Source: an archaeon
GTDB taxonomy: Archaea; Nanobdellota; Nanobdellia; Woesearchaeales; UBA9642
Reading direction: 5' to 3'
DNA length: 51,270 bases
Assembly (NCBI GenBank): GCA_043806035.1
Contig: JAZDHK010000026.1
Coordinates: 1 to 51,270, forward strand
The notes beneath the pieces are model-generated. The model saw only the letters and a list, made by a program, of their open reading frames with translations, was not told where the DNA came from and ran no database searches. Positions 27,492 through 35,604 of the stretch are shown in pieces (position 1 is the stretch's first letter; each line of letters starts with the position of its first letter). The translations under genes and the position numbers were made by a program.

Positions 27492-27755
27492 CTATCCAAA
27501 TATGGCATCATGATGGTCATAATCTAGAAGTCTGACGATTTTCTTCTCCTCATCAATTTCATAGGTGAGCACGAAATGTGAATCGATGTGCACTTCCCGT
27601 TCGCCATGCATGTCTCCACACAATGGCTTGAAATGGTATGGCGTCTGTAGAATCTGCTGCACTTTCTTGTTGATAATTTCTAGTTGTGTTTTGTTCTTCT
27701 TTCTGAGCTTAGACAACTTCTTGTCTAAGACGGCTGAGATGTCGAGTGCATACAT
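27492..27755 (-). CDS. RelE/YafQ-family toxin
   Basis: PYHFKPLCGDMHGEREVHIDSHFVLTYEID..VRLLDYDHHD. Confidence 0.88.
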   Translation of the reverse strand: MYALDISAVLDKKLSKLRKKNKTQLEIINKKVQQILQTPYHFKPLCGDMHGEREVHIDSHFVLTYEIDEEKKIVRLLDYDHHDAIFG

Positions 27756-27758
27756 TGT

Positions 27759-27980
27759 TCACAGCTCATATCGTTCAGCAAAACTTTTCACGCGAATGAA
27801 TTTCCCTTTCTTTATCTGTTCGAGCTTTTTAAGATACTCTTCACGGACTTTCGGCTCTTCAGTAACGACTGACTCCATAAACATTTGTACTTGTTTGCTC
27901 ATACTCATTCCTCTATCCTTGCAGAACCGGGAAAACTGCTGGAATGTTGTTTCATCAACATTGAACGTTTTGATAACCAT
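27759..27980 (-). CDS. Putative antitoxin (ribbon-helix-helix-like)
   Basis: KTFNVDETTFQQFSRFCKDRGMSMSKQV; directly upstream of the toxin. Confidence 0.78.
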   Translation of the reverse strand: MVIKTFNVDETTFQQFSRFCKDRGMSMSKQVQMFMESVVTEEPKVREEYLKKLEQIKKGKFIRVKSFAERYEL

Positions 27981-28051
27981 GCACGCACCTCAATTATGTG
28001 ATGTTATATAAGATTATTTAATGTTATTTAAAAGTTTCGGTTTTCTGGGCT

Positions 28052-28163
28052 CTTGGGCAAATAGTGCTCCTCAGTGGAATTTTCTGAGTGTTCATAGATT
28101 GCGTCGAGCTCGGTTCGGGGGTTACGCGCATACGGCATAACTGAGCACGATCATTTGCCTAAG
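28052..28163. ncRNA. Candidate structured non-coding RNA
   Basis: Closing stem CTTGGGCAAAT/ATTTGCCTAAG and GTGCTC/GAGCAC, inner hairpin CTCAG/CTGAG; TATA-like elements on both flanks. Confidence 0.35.
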
Positions 28164-28303
28164 TACCTGATGTATGACTAAATTTAAATACAGTATAAAC
28201 TTTCCAAACAACCGAGAATAAAAACACAACGACTGAATTGACAAACTATGTGCTGAAGAGCAATACGAGTAAGATTTTTATTCAATAATCAGAGGTGGAT
28301 AGT

Positions 28304-28963
28304 ATGGACATAAAATTTCTAGGACACGCGGGATTCATTGTTGAGGATGTGCTCATTGATCCGTGGCTTGAGAGGATGGAATCATTCGGGTTAGATGCAC
28401 CTTATACACTCACGAAAGAGGACAAAGCAAGAATAAAAATAATTATCATCACGCATGGGCACGAAGACCACATGCTCGGAGCCATAAACCTAGCAAAAGA
28501 GATACATGCGACCATGGTGGGCATGGGAGAGAATATCGGTGAGGCGATGGTGCAAGGCATTCATGTGGAAGTCCTCAATATAGGCGGACCGATAGACGTG
28601 CATGGCTGGAAGATTCAGTTTGTCCCTGCGTTCCATTCAGGAAATGCAGCGGGAGTGGTGCTCAGCAAGAACGGAAAGACCACATATCATGCAGGAGATA
28701 CAGGATTATTCTCGGACATGAAACTCATTGGAGAACTGCATGAGCTGGATGTTGCGCTGCTGCCCATCGGCGGAAGATTCACCATGGATGGAGTTCAGGC
28801 GGCAAAAGCTGCAGCGTACCTGAACGCAAAACACGTCATTCCCATGCATTACAACACGTTTCCTTTGATTACGGCAGATCCTGAAGCGTTCAAGGCTCTC
28901 GTGGAAAAGAATACCTCGTCAAAAGTGAAACTACTGCATATTGGAGAGACCGTCAGTCTGTAA
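28304..28963 (+). CDS. Metallo-beta-lactamase-fold metal-dependent hydrolase (UPF0173)
   Basis: FLGHA, IDPW, ITHGHEDH, AFHS, YHAGDTGLFSDM, LPIGGRFTM, IPMHYNTF. Confidence 0.92.
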   Translation: MDIKFLGHAGFIVEDVLIDPWLERMESFGLDAPYTLTKEDKARIKIIIITHGHEDHMLGAINLAKEIHATMVGMGENIGEAMVQGIHVEVLNIGGPIDVHGWKIQFVPAFHSGNAAGVVLSKNGKTTYHAGDTGLFSDMKLIGELHELDVALLPIGGRFTMDGVQAAKAAAYLNAKHVIPMHYNTFPLITADPEAFKALVEKNTSSKVKLLHIGETVSL

Positions 28964-29061
28964 CGTCTATTTCTTTTCCGTATAGGCGTGCTCAAATTTT
29001 TCGTTATTCCACGAATAGAGCTTACCCGCCAATAATCTATTATACCAGTTCTCTTTTCGTT

Positions 29062-29241
29062 TCATGTTCCCAACCCGTAATAGCTCAACTCATCGACAGA
29101 GCGTATGCGCTTGTTCTGTTCCAGCGATTTCATTCTTTGTTCCTTAAGATATCGTACAATTTCACTGTCTGCCGTATCATTGACCAGATCCTTGAGCACA
29201 TGATGCCCTCTGTCTTTATGATTCTGCATCATCTGCCACCA
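29062..29241 (-). CDS. Possible small hypothetical protein
   Basis: Short ORF (MMQNHKDRG...SYYGLGT) with GGTGG upstream; start approximate. Confidence 0.4.
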   Translation of the reverse strand, partial: WWQMMQNHKDRGHHVLKDLVNDTADSEIVRYLKEQRMKSLEQNKRIRSVDELSYYGLGT

Positions 29242-29364
29242 TCTATATATGCCAATGTCGCCCATACCTACCACGCCCGACCATTCCCGTCAATCCACAT
29301 CTCTATACCTCTCTTTTTCCTCAAAACGCATCATTCCCATCATCATTGATCATGCAATGCAAAA

Positions 29365-29396
29365 TCAGGGTAGATCATTACTTCCATCTACCCTGA
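29365..29396. other. Perfect 11-bp inverted repeat (hairpin)
   Basis: TCAGGGTAGAT-N10-ATCTACCCTGA. Confidence 0.6.
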
Positions 29397-29509
29397 AGTT
29401 GCCTATTCTCATTCATCTCTACCACACCCATGCTCCCACTGGACACACTCGTATTTTTTCTTCTCTATCGTTCTTCTCAAAAGTTCTCGTATATTTCGGT
29501 CCGTTCGGA

Positions 29510-29674
29510 TTACAATTCACCACAGGTGTTGTATCCGGTCATGAATGCGGATTCTGAACCTGATATCTCATCATCTTCTCGTAATTGCTCAATACCTTCA
29601 TCCGAATAGATAGTATCGGTGTCCCACGAAAAGTAAGCATTCACATCATCCTCTTCAAAATTAGTATATACCAC
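29510..29674 (-). CDS. Small acidic protein (54 aa, absent from ORF track), paralog of 43627-43812
   Basis: GTG start after GGTGG SD; MVYTNFEEDDVNAYFSWDTDTIYSDEGIEQLREDDEISGSESAFMTGYNTCGEL shares [IV]Y...L.E.DEIS..E..FM.GY with the later ORF. Confidence 0.7.
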   Translation of the reverse strand: MVYTNFEEDDVNAYFSWDTDTIYSDEGIEQLREDDEISGSESAFMTGYNTCGEL

Positions 29675-30103
29675 ACTCCACCACCTACGGACACAGGCCC
29701 CTTATGAACGGCCAAGACGCTCTTGGGATCCACAAGAGTTTCTACCTCTCACTGCGCCTCATTCCCTCTTTTCTTCATAATAATCAGGCAGCTATAACAA
29801 TGTTATGTAGTTGAAATCAACATATTCGTACAGAATAGTTAATGCGTTCTCGTACATTACATCGGCAAGCCGCAATGCGGACACACGAGTGAAAGTCCGT
29901 TCAGCCTCGTTTCGTAAATGTCCTGATGACAATGCGTACAGAGCAAACGGGTACTATTTTTTTTGGTTTGTTTCATAGTAATCCTGGAGCTAATGCAATA
30001 ACTATTGCATACTCCCTACAAAGAATGCCAAAACAAGTATTATATCGTTTGGTAGAAAAAAACAATCAGAGCGTGAGGAAAAGTTTAGTATACGACGATG
30101 TTT

Positions 30104-30670
30104 CTATTGTTTCTTGTCGTGGTTGAAGAGCTGATAGGGTGAGAATTCCTTCTTGTCAATAATTTCGTATAAGAGTCCAAGCGGGTTTTGCAAGATCACC
30201 TTGTCGACAGAAAATGTGTAGACATCTTTGATCTCGATTTCCTTTGCGAATTTCGTCTGCAACTGCGTAAAATACTGTTCTTTCTGGTAGAGGTCACGAA
30301 ATCCCATCAAGAGGATATGCGAGGCACGAACATCAGCAACTCTATATGCGCCAATAATGTAGGGGATGCGTGCGATTCTCTCAGACATCATATCATCAGA
30401 ATATTTGCCCCACACCTCTGGCTTGAGACGGATGATGAGCAGGACCATGACATGGATGCCTATTTTTTGAAAATCGATGATGGGCATGTATCCTTTGATG
30501 ATACCCAGGTACTCTAGCTTGTTTCTGATCTTAAAGACTGCCTGCGGCGATATCCCTATCCCTTTTGCAATCTCATTATCAGGAATTTTCGCATGACCTA
30601 TAATCTTACGCAACACGCCCTTATCATGTTCTGTCAATCGTGGGGCATCCGGATCGGGTTTTTTCACCAT
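30104..30670 (-). CDS. Lrp/AsnC-family transcriptional regulator
   Basis: LTEHDKGVL...EIAKGIGISPQAVFKIRNKLEYLGIIKGYMPIIDFQKIG HTH plus RAM-like C-terminus. Confidence 0.88.
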   Translation of the reverse strand: MVKKPDPDAPRLTEHDKGVLRKIIGHAKIPDNEIAKGIGISPQAVFKIRNKLEYLGIIKGYMPIIDFQKIGIHVMVLLIIRLKPEVWGKYSDDMMSERIARIPYIIGAYRVADVRASHILLMGFRDLYQKEQYFTQLQTKFAKEIEIKDVYTFSVDKVILQNPLGLLYEIIDKKEFSPYQLFNHDKKQ

Positions 30671-30840
30671 GCACATAAGGTAAACTAGTATAAACAACTT
30701 GTGGTGTGCACGATACTGTTGCAATATGCTCTCCCTTCAACTCAGTAGGCTCTAGACGTGAGAGAGTTATCTCATCCTTCGTTTTGCTGGTTTTTCACCA
30801 ACACTGAAATCTTTTTAAACACGTGCTCCTTGAGAGGAAT

Positions 30841-31368
30841 ATGCGAGGTCAGGGCGCGCTTGAATTCATCGGCACATACGGTTGGGCACTGCTCATGGTG
30901 CTCGTCGCCATGGCAGCACTAGCGTATTTCGGCGTCCTGAACCCGAGCAGTATGCTGCCAAAGAAATTCATATTCGACAATCCTGGCGTTTATGTCGAAG
31001 ATTTCGGAGCGTCGGGCGTTAGTTACGTCGGGTTCATCCTGCTCAACAATTATGGCAAGACAATATCTGCCTCAACGTGGAACATCACCGTGACAGGAAA
31101 CGGCTGTCCAGTCACCCATCCCATAGGTCAGTATAGAATGGGGCAGAACGGCAATTACGTATATGCTCCTTTTCCCCTAACCATCGGTTCTTGGCCCGCC
31201 GAGGAAAAGCTGTACTTCAAAATATGTTGTCTTTCTGAAGTAGGTGAAAGCTGTGGTAACTTCAAATCAGGAGCACAAGAAAAGATCGTGGTGAACGTGA
31301 ACGGCACCTTCACAGGAAGCACATACACGTTCCGTAACAGCGCATCAACCACGATCACTATCGCTTAA
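30841..31368 (+). CDS. Class III signal-peptide (type IV pilin-like) protein
   Basis: MRGQGALEFIGTYGWALLMVLVAMAALAYFGVL: RG/Q cleavage site, E+5, hydrophobic helix. Confidence 0.85.
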   Translation: MRGQGALEFIGTYGWALLMVLVAMAALAYFGVLNPSSMLPKKFIFDNPGVYVEDFGASGVSYVGFILLNNYGKTISASTWNITVTGNGCPVTHPIGQYRMGQNGNYVYAPFPLTIGSWPAEEKLYFKICCLSEVGESCGNFKSGAQEKIVVNVNGTFTGSTYTFRNSASTTITIA

Positions 31369-31514
31369 GTCTCTTAGCATAAATCTTTAAATACACAACA
31401 AGTATAGTAGGACACATGCGAGGTCAGGGCGCGCTTGAATTCATCGGCACATACGGTTGGGCACTGCTCATGGTACTCGTCGCCATGGCAGCACTGGCAT
31501 ACTTTGGCGTGCTC
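30841..31514 (+). repeat. Near-identical ~99-nt direct repeat (30841-30939 and 31416-31514)
   Basis: First 59 nt identical, one mismatch, 20 more identical, then synonymous divergence. Confidence 0.85.
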
Positions 31515-31997
31515 TCACCGTCAAGCTTCATACCTGAAAAATGTCTCTTCGAAAAAGGGATAGCGTGCATGGATTACGGATATACCTATTATGAAGAAGA
31601 CGGAAGCGGTGGCTCAATGAATCCTGTTCCCATACCAAGACCGCATATTAACTTCATCCTGCGCAACAATTACGGCAGGACACTGCAATCGCCAACATGG
31701 AATTTTTCTTTGGTCTCCGATACGTGCAATAGCAGAGCTTTTTGGAAGCACATGATTAATATATTGCCCGGTGATGGCACAAACTTTGGTTTTTTAGGAC
31801 TCAACAAGACGGGCAGCACAGTCTCAAACGGAAAAAACTGGGAACCAGATAAAGACCTTATCATAGAACTTAGTTGCGAGAACGGCATCTTCCAGAGCGG
31901 CACCTATCAAAAGATTAGCGTCACCATAACGGGCAGGCTTGAAGGAAGCCAGTATCCCACCGTTACAACAGGCACGGTAATGGTCAAAGTGCCCTAA
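31416..31997 (+). CDS. Class III signal-peptide (type IV pilin-like) protein, paralog
   Basis: Identical 33-aa N-terminus to the preceding gene; divergent C-terminal domain. Confidence 0.85.
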   Translation: MRGQGALEFIGTYGWALLMVLVAMAALAYFGVLSPSSFIPEKCLFEKGIACMDYGYTYYEEDGSGGSMNPVPIPRPHINFILRNNYGRTLQSPTWNFSLVSDTCNSRAFWKHMINILPGDGTNFGFLGLNKTGSTVSNGKNWEPDKDLIIELSCENGIFQSGTYQKISVTITGRLEGSQYPTVTTGTVMVKVP

Positions 31998-32014
31998 AAG
32001 GAATTAAAAAAAAA

Positions 32015-33160
32015 TTACACGTCATCGAACTTGATCTTTCCTATTTTCGGATCCTCTAGTTTCTTGCCGTCTGGTCCGGTGACGCTATCGGAAAGGCAAT
32101 TGATACGCAAGCACAAGTCAGATTCTGTCGTTCCGCCATAGATGGGTCCGTGCCAGGACGGGAACCAGTCTCGCCTGTACGGGCTCCTCGGATTGGGGTC
32201 TTTGCGCCAGGGCTCGTGCCTGAATGGTTCACCCCAAGGTGGCCAGGGCTCAGGAATAAGCGGTGGCGGATGCCAATCGGGGATTTGTTCTGGCTTGCCT
32301 CCTCCGTTCGTGTCGCCGAAGCTCACATACACGGGTTTTCCTTGGTGCACGAGTGCGTGGCCTTGCACGCTTCCACTAATAGTAAAATTTTGCCCTAGAC
32401 TGATGGCGGGGACGTTCTGGAATGCTGCCTGCTGCAGTCTCGAGAGGAACACGCCTGCATCTTCTGGAGCGAGATCTCCTGCCCCGTGCAGTGCATTCAC
32501 CGCATACCGCTCAAGGACCTTCGTGAACTGCTTTTCCATCGTCGCTGTTTTGTCGAAGAGTTCGCAGCCGTACGTTATCCTGCCGTTCCGCTTGTACTGG
32601 AAGACCACACCGACCGTTCCGGGCGTGTACGAGAATTTGTTCCTGTAGTCGTTGATGTCGCTCTGCTTTGCAGTAAACACATCGCCCAGGTTCGCAGTTG
32701 GGGAGTGGACGTGATGTTCTGACGCCATAAGCCCTACCATGCCCCAGACGGCGTTCTGGCCGTGGCTGGCGGCGTATGACACTTCCAACGGCGCCATTCT
32801 CGTAATAGGCTCAAATGTTTTAGGGCTTGAGGACCAGCGATGCTGCTCTATGCAATTCACGGGAATCTCTCCCCTGAAATTCTTGTCCAGATATGCAGTA
32901 AGGGAGACCATGCGGTTCTGCTTGCCACCCGTGACGTATTCTCCTTGCAGGATGAGCACGTCCCTGCCCGTGTTGTTCTCAACATAGAGCCGTTGCACTG
33001 TCCCTGTCTCCCGGATGGAGAGTCCTTGCTTGAACGCCTCGTCCAGGACAAGATACTCCAGAGAACTGTCCTTGCCGTAGAGCGGGGCAAGGGCGAGGTT
33101 CTTGTACTGTTGGACATTTCCAACAACCAGTCCTTGTATGTAGTCTTGCAATGCTTTCAT
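32015..33160 (-). CDS. DUF6569/ARPP-1-like protein with Pro/Trp-rich C-terminal tail
   Basis: NLALAPL, YLVLDEA, TVQRLYVEN..VLILQGE..GGKQNRMV, IPVNCIEQHRW, QNAVW, ELFD. Confidence 0.75.
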   Translation of the reverse strand: MKALQDYIQGLVVGNVQQYKNLALAPLYGKDSSLEYLVLDEAFKQGLSIRETGTVQRLYVENNTGRDVLILQGEYVTGGKQNRMVSLTAYLDKNFRGEIPVNCIEQHRWSSSPKTFEPITRMAPLEVSYAASHGQNAVWGMVGLMASEHHVHSPTANLGDVFTAKQSDINDYRNKFSYTPGTVGVVFQYKRNGRITYGCELFDKTATMEKQFTKVLERYAVNALHGAGDLAPEDAGVFLSRLQQAAFQNVPAISLGQNFTISGSVQGHALVHQGKPVYVSFGDTNGGGKPEQIPDWHPPPLIPEPWPPWGEPFRHEPWRKDPNPRSPYRRDWFPSWHGPIYGGTTESDLCLRINCLSDSVTGPDGKKLEDPKIGKIKFDDV

Positions 33161-33302
33161 GCCATCACCTTCCATGTGTTCATGAATGAGGGAAGAGCAG
33201 TACAGAGATATCAACATAACCACTGTATTATGTACTCAAATAAACAATTGTGTATTTTGTCCTTTTCAAAACATTTATATATACTTGTTCTTTCCTTGGA
33301 GC

Positions 33303-34199
33303 ATGAAGCGCAAGATTGTCCGGCACGGCAGCAGCTCCCTCACCATCACCCTGCCCATCGCATGGGCGGAGACGTACAAGCTCAAGAAAGGGGATGAAGT
33401 TAATGTAGACATTGCAGGCAACACCCTCACTATCTCTACGGAAAAGGAAGCAGCGACGGCAAAGAAAGAGATTGACACGAGAAATTTTGGGCTTTTCACA
33501 AAAAACCATCTCTCGCACCTCTACCAGTTAGGGTATGACCATATCGAGATACGCTACGAGAGCGGCGAGACTGCAGAACTCATCAAGCAGCGCCTTCCCG
33601 ACTGTGTGGGGTATATGATCATCGACCAAGCCCCCAACAGAATAACGATTAAGTCCATAGCGACGACGATAGAGTCAGAATTCGACACCCTGCTCAGAAA
33701 GTCTTTTCAGATAACGAACGAGATGGCCAAGGAATTGCAGGACATCATGCACCAGCAGGAATACACACGCCTGAACAACGTTCGGAGCATGGAAGCGCTC
33801 AATAACAGGTTCACGGACATCTGCCTGAGGATCCTGAACAAGAGAGGCTATACTGACCAGCGCAGGGTCAAGCAAATGTATGAAATAGTCAAGAGCATCG
33901 AAAGAATAGCTGACGAGTTCAAATACATCTGCGACGAACTTGCCAGGAAAAAGAGCCTGGCGAAGGAGACGCTGCGCCTCTACACGGAAACGGTCAACTA
34001 TTATCTTTGCTTCTACGAACTTTTTTATCAGCACGACAAGAAGCATGAGATACAGATCCACAACAAAAGAATAGAGCTCATCACCAAGCTCGGCGAGAGC
34101 CTGCGTCAAGGAAAGGATGCCATGATCATGCATCACTTGATCAACATCGTCCAGAAGACATATGAAGGCGCAGGAAGCTACTTTGCGCTCGTCCTCTAA
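33303..34199 (+). CDS. AbrB/MazE-PhoU phosphate-uptake-regulator-like protein
   Basis: MKRKIVRHGSSSLTITLP..W...LKKGDEV N-terminus; YQLGYD; PhoU-like SIERIAD. Confidence 0.85.
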   Translation: MKRKIVRHGSSSLTITLPIAWAETYKLKKGDEVNVDIAGNTLTISTEKEAATAKKEIDTRNFGLFTKNHLSHLYQLGYDHIEIRYESGETAELIKQRLPDCVGYMIIDQAPNRITIKSIATTIESEFDTLLRKSFQITNEMAKELQDIMHQQEYTRLNNVRSMEALNNRFTDICLRILNKRGYTDQRRVKQMYEIVKSIERIADEFKYICDELARKKSLAKETLRLYTETVNYYLCFYELFYQHDKKHEIQIHNKRIELITKLGESLRQGKDAMIMHHLINIVQKTYEGAGSYFALVL

Positions 34200-35494
34200 A
34201 GGTCGGCAATGCATGACTCAATACTAGACGCTAGCGATGCCAAGCCGGGATAATTCTTCTTGAGCGCGTCAAGGTCATGGGCAAGCTCTTTGCGATGATA
34301 GTCTGTCTTCTCTTCCGCAAGCACGGCATCAGTTCTCGTTGAATCGTACAGTTCGTAGATGTTCCACAACGCTGACTGAATCAGTGCATCCTTGCGTGGC
34401 TGGCGCAGCACTATCCCTCTTTCTTTCAGTGCACCCGTGTACACGTCGACAAAATCAGTGAGCGTGTACGCATACTCGGGATTTATCGCTTTCGCGTCCC
34501 TGCGATGATGAACCCAAAAGCCTATTGCATCGGCTAGAGGATGCTGTTCGTAGACTTCCCAATCAATAATGCCGAAATTGTCGAGCAGCACATGATGCCC
34601 GTCGTTCATGCACAGAATGTTGCGATTATGCATGTCTCCGTGGGAGACCAGCAGCATCTGTTCTTGCCAGCCTGCAAGCTCATCACACAAGCTTGCCAAT
34701 TCTTCCTGCACCCCTCGAACGGGGTAGAGGCGTTGTATGAGCTCATCGTGCGGAAATCGTCTGATGATGGGCATATTACCGTCAAAAGCATTCCTGTTCT
34801 CGCTCAATACGGCCTGATAGTTTGCTATGATTCTCCCCAGGGTTTTTGCCGTCTCGAACGTCGATTCAGGGGAGAGTGCAAGATCCTTCAGCAGCATCTC
34901 GTACGGTTCGCCTGCATGCTCGAGGCAGCCGCCCAGCAGGGCGACATCATACGGATACGGCGTTGTCGAAGGCGTGTATCCTAGGGGTTTTGCTGTGGGA
35001 ACGCCTAAAGCGCTGATGATGTGATATGCGAGGAGCTGCCTTGCCGTTTCCTCTGGGCTCGTGCTTTTGACCAGCCACACCTTCGAGAGGTGGTTGTTGA
35101 GCCGGTAGTGGACTTCCTTGACTTGTTTCCTCGTGCCTTTTTTCTCGACGATGCTGGTGATGGTCACTGACTTGGCGAAGTGCGCGGTAAGCAAGTCCTC
35201 GAGGAGAGCGATGGTGTTCGTGCTGTCAGGAATTGTCGTTCGTGCAATTGGTTTGACGTGCGCTGAGAGTTTCCTTGTCGAGAGCTGGAAAGATGATACA
35301 GCAGCAGGTTCGCGGAATAGCTTCTTGTTTTCGGCATTCTCGCCGAGCTCTGCATCAGGAAATTGCTCATACCTACATTCCAGATCATCGCGAGCGCTGG
35401 CAAGGACAGAAGTGCGCAGATCACGAGCAGTGCTCATGTCGTCCCTTGTCCAGAAGGAGGGGACGGCAGTGTAGGCAAGCTGATGCAAGGTCAT
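34196..35494 (-). CDS. APH/choline-kinase-like phosphotransferase
   Basis: WLVK, SHGDMHNRNIL (Brenner motif), IIDWE. Confidence 0.75.
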   Translation of the reverse strand: MTLHQLAYTAVPSFWTRDDMSTARDLRTSVLASARDDLECRYEQFPDAELGENAENKKLFREPAAVSSFQLSTRKLSAHVKPIARTTIPDSTNTIALLEDLLTAHFAKSVTITSIVEKKGTRKQVKEVHYRLNNHLSKVWLVKSTSPEETARQLLAYHIISALGVPTAKPLGYTPSTTPYPYDVALLGGCLEHAGEPYEMLLKDLALSPESTFETAKTLGRIIANYQAVLSENRNAFDGNMPIIRRFPHDELIQRLYPVRGVQEELASLCDELAGWQEQMLLVSHGDMHNRNILCMNDGHHVLLDNFGIIDWEVYEQHPLADAIGFWVHHRRDAKAINPEYAYTLTDFVDVYTGALKERGIVLRQPRKDALIQSALWNIYELYDSTRTDAVLAEEKTDYHRKELAHDLDALKKNYPGLASLASSIESCIADL

Positions 35495-35586
35495 GGTCTA
35501 AAGAATGCACCGCCGTATAAAAAACTTTTTATTACTACACAGGAAAAAAAAGAGAAAGGGTATACGCACACCTACAAGTACGGTTG

Positions 35587-35603
35587 AAAAAAAAGAAAAA
35601 AAA
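35587..35603 (-). terminator. Oligo-T archaeal terminator after the surface-protein gene
   Basis: A-run on plus strand = T-tract on minus strand right after the stop at 35605. Confidence 0.5.
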
Positions 35604-35604
35604 T

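Noticed and set aside
27466-32000. Possible integrated element downstream of tRNA-Thr (TA pair, AT-richer DNA)
   Set aside because: No integrase or transposase, and I found no duplicated tRNA 3' end (att site); at most a small islet.
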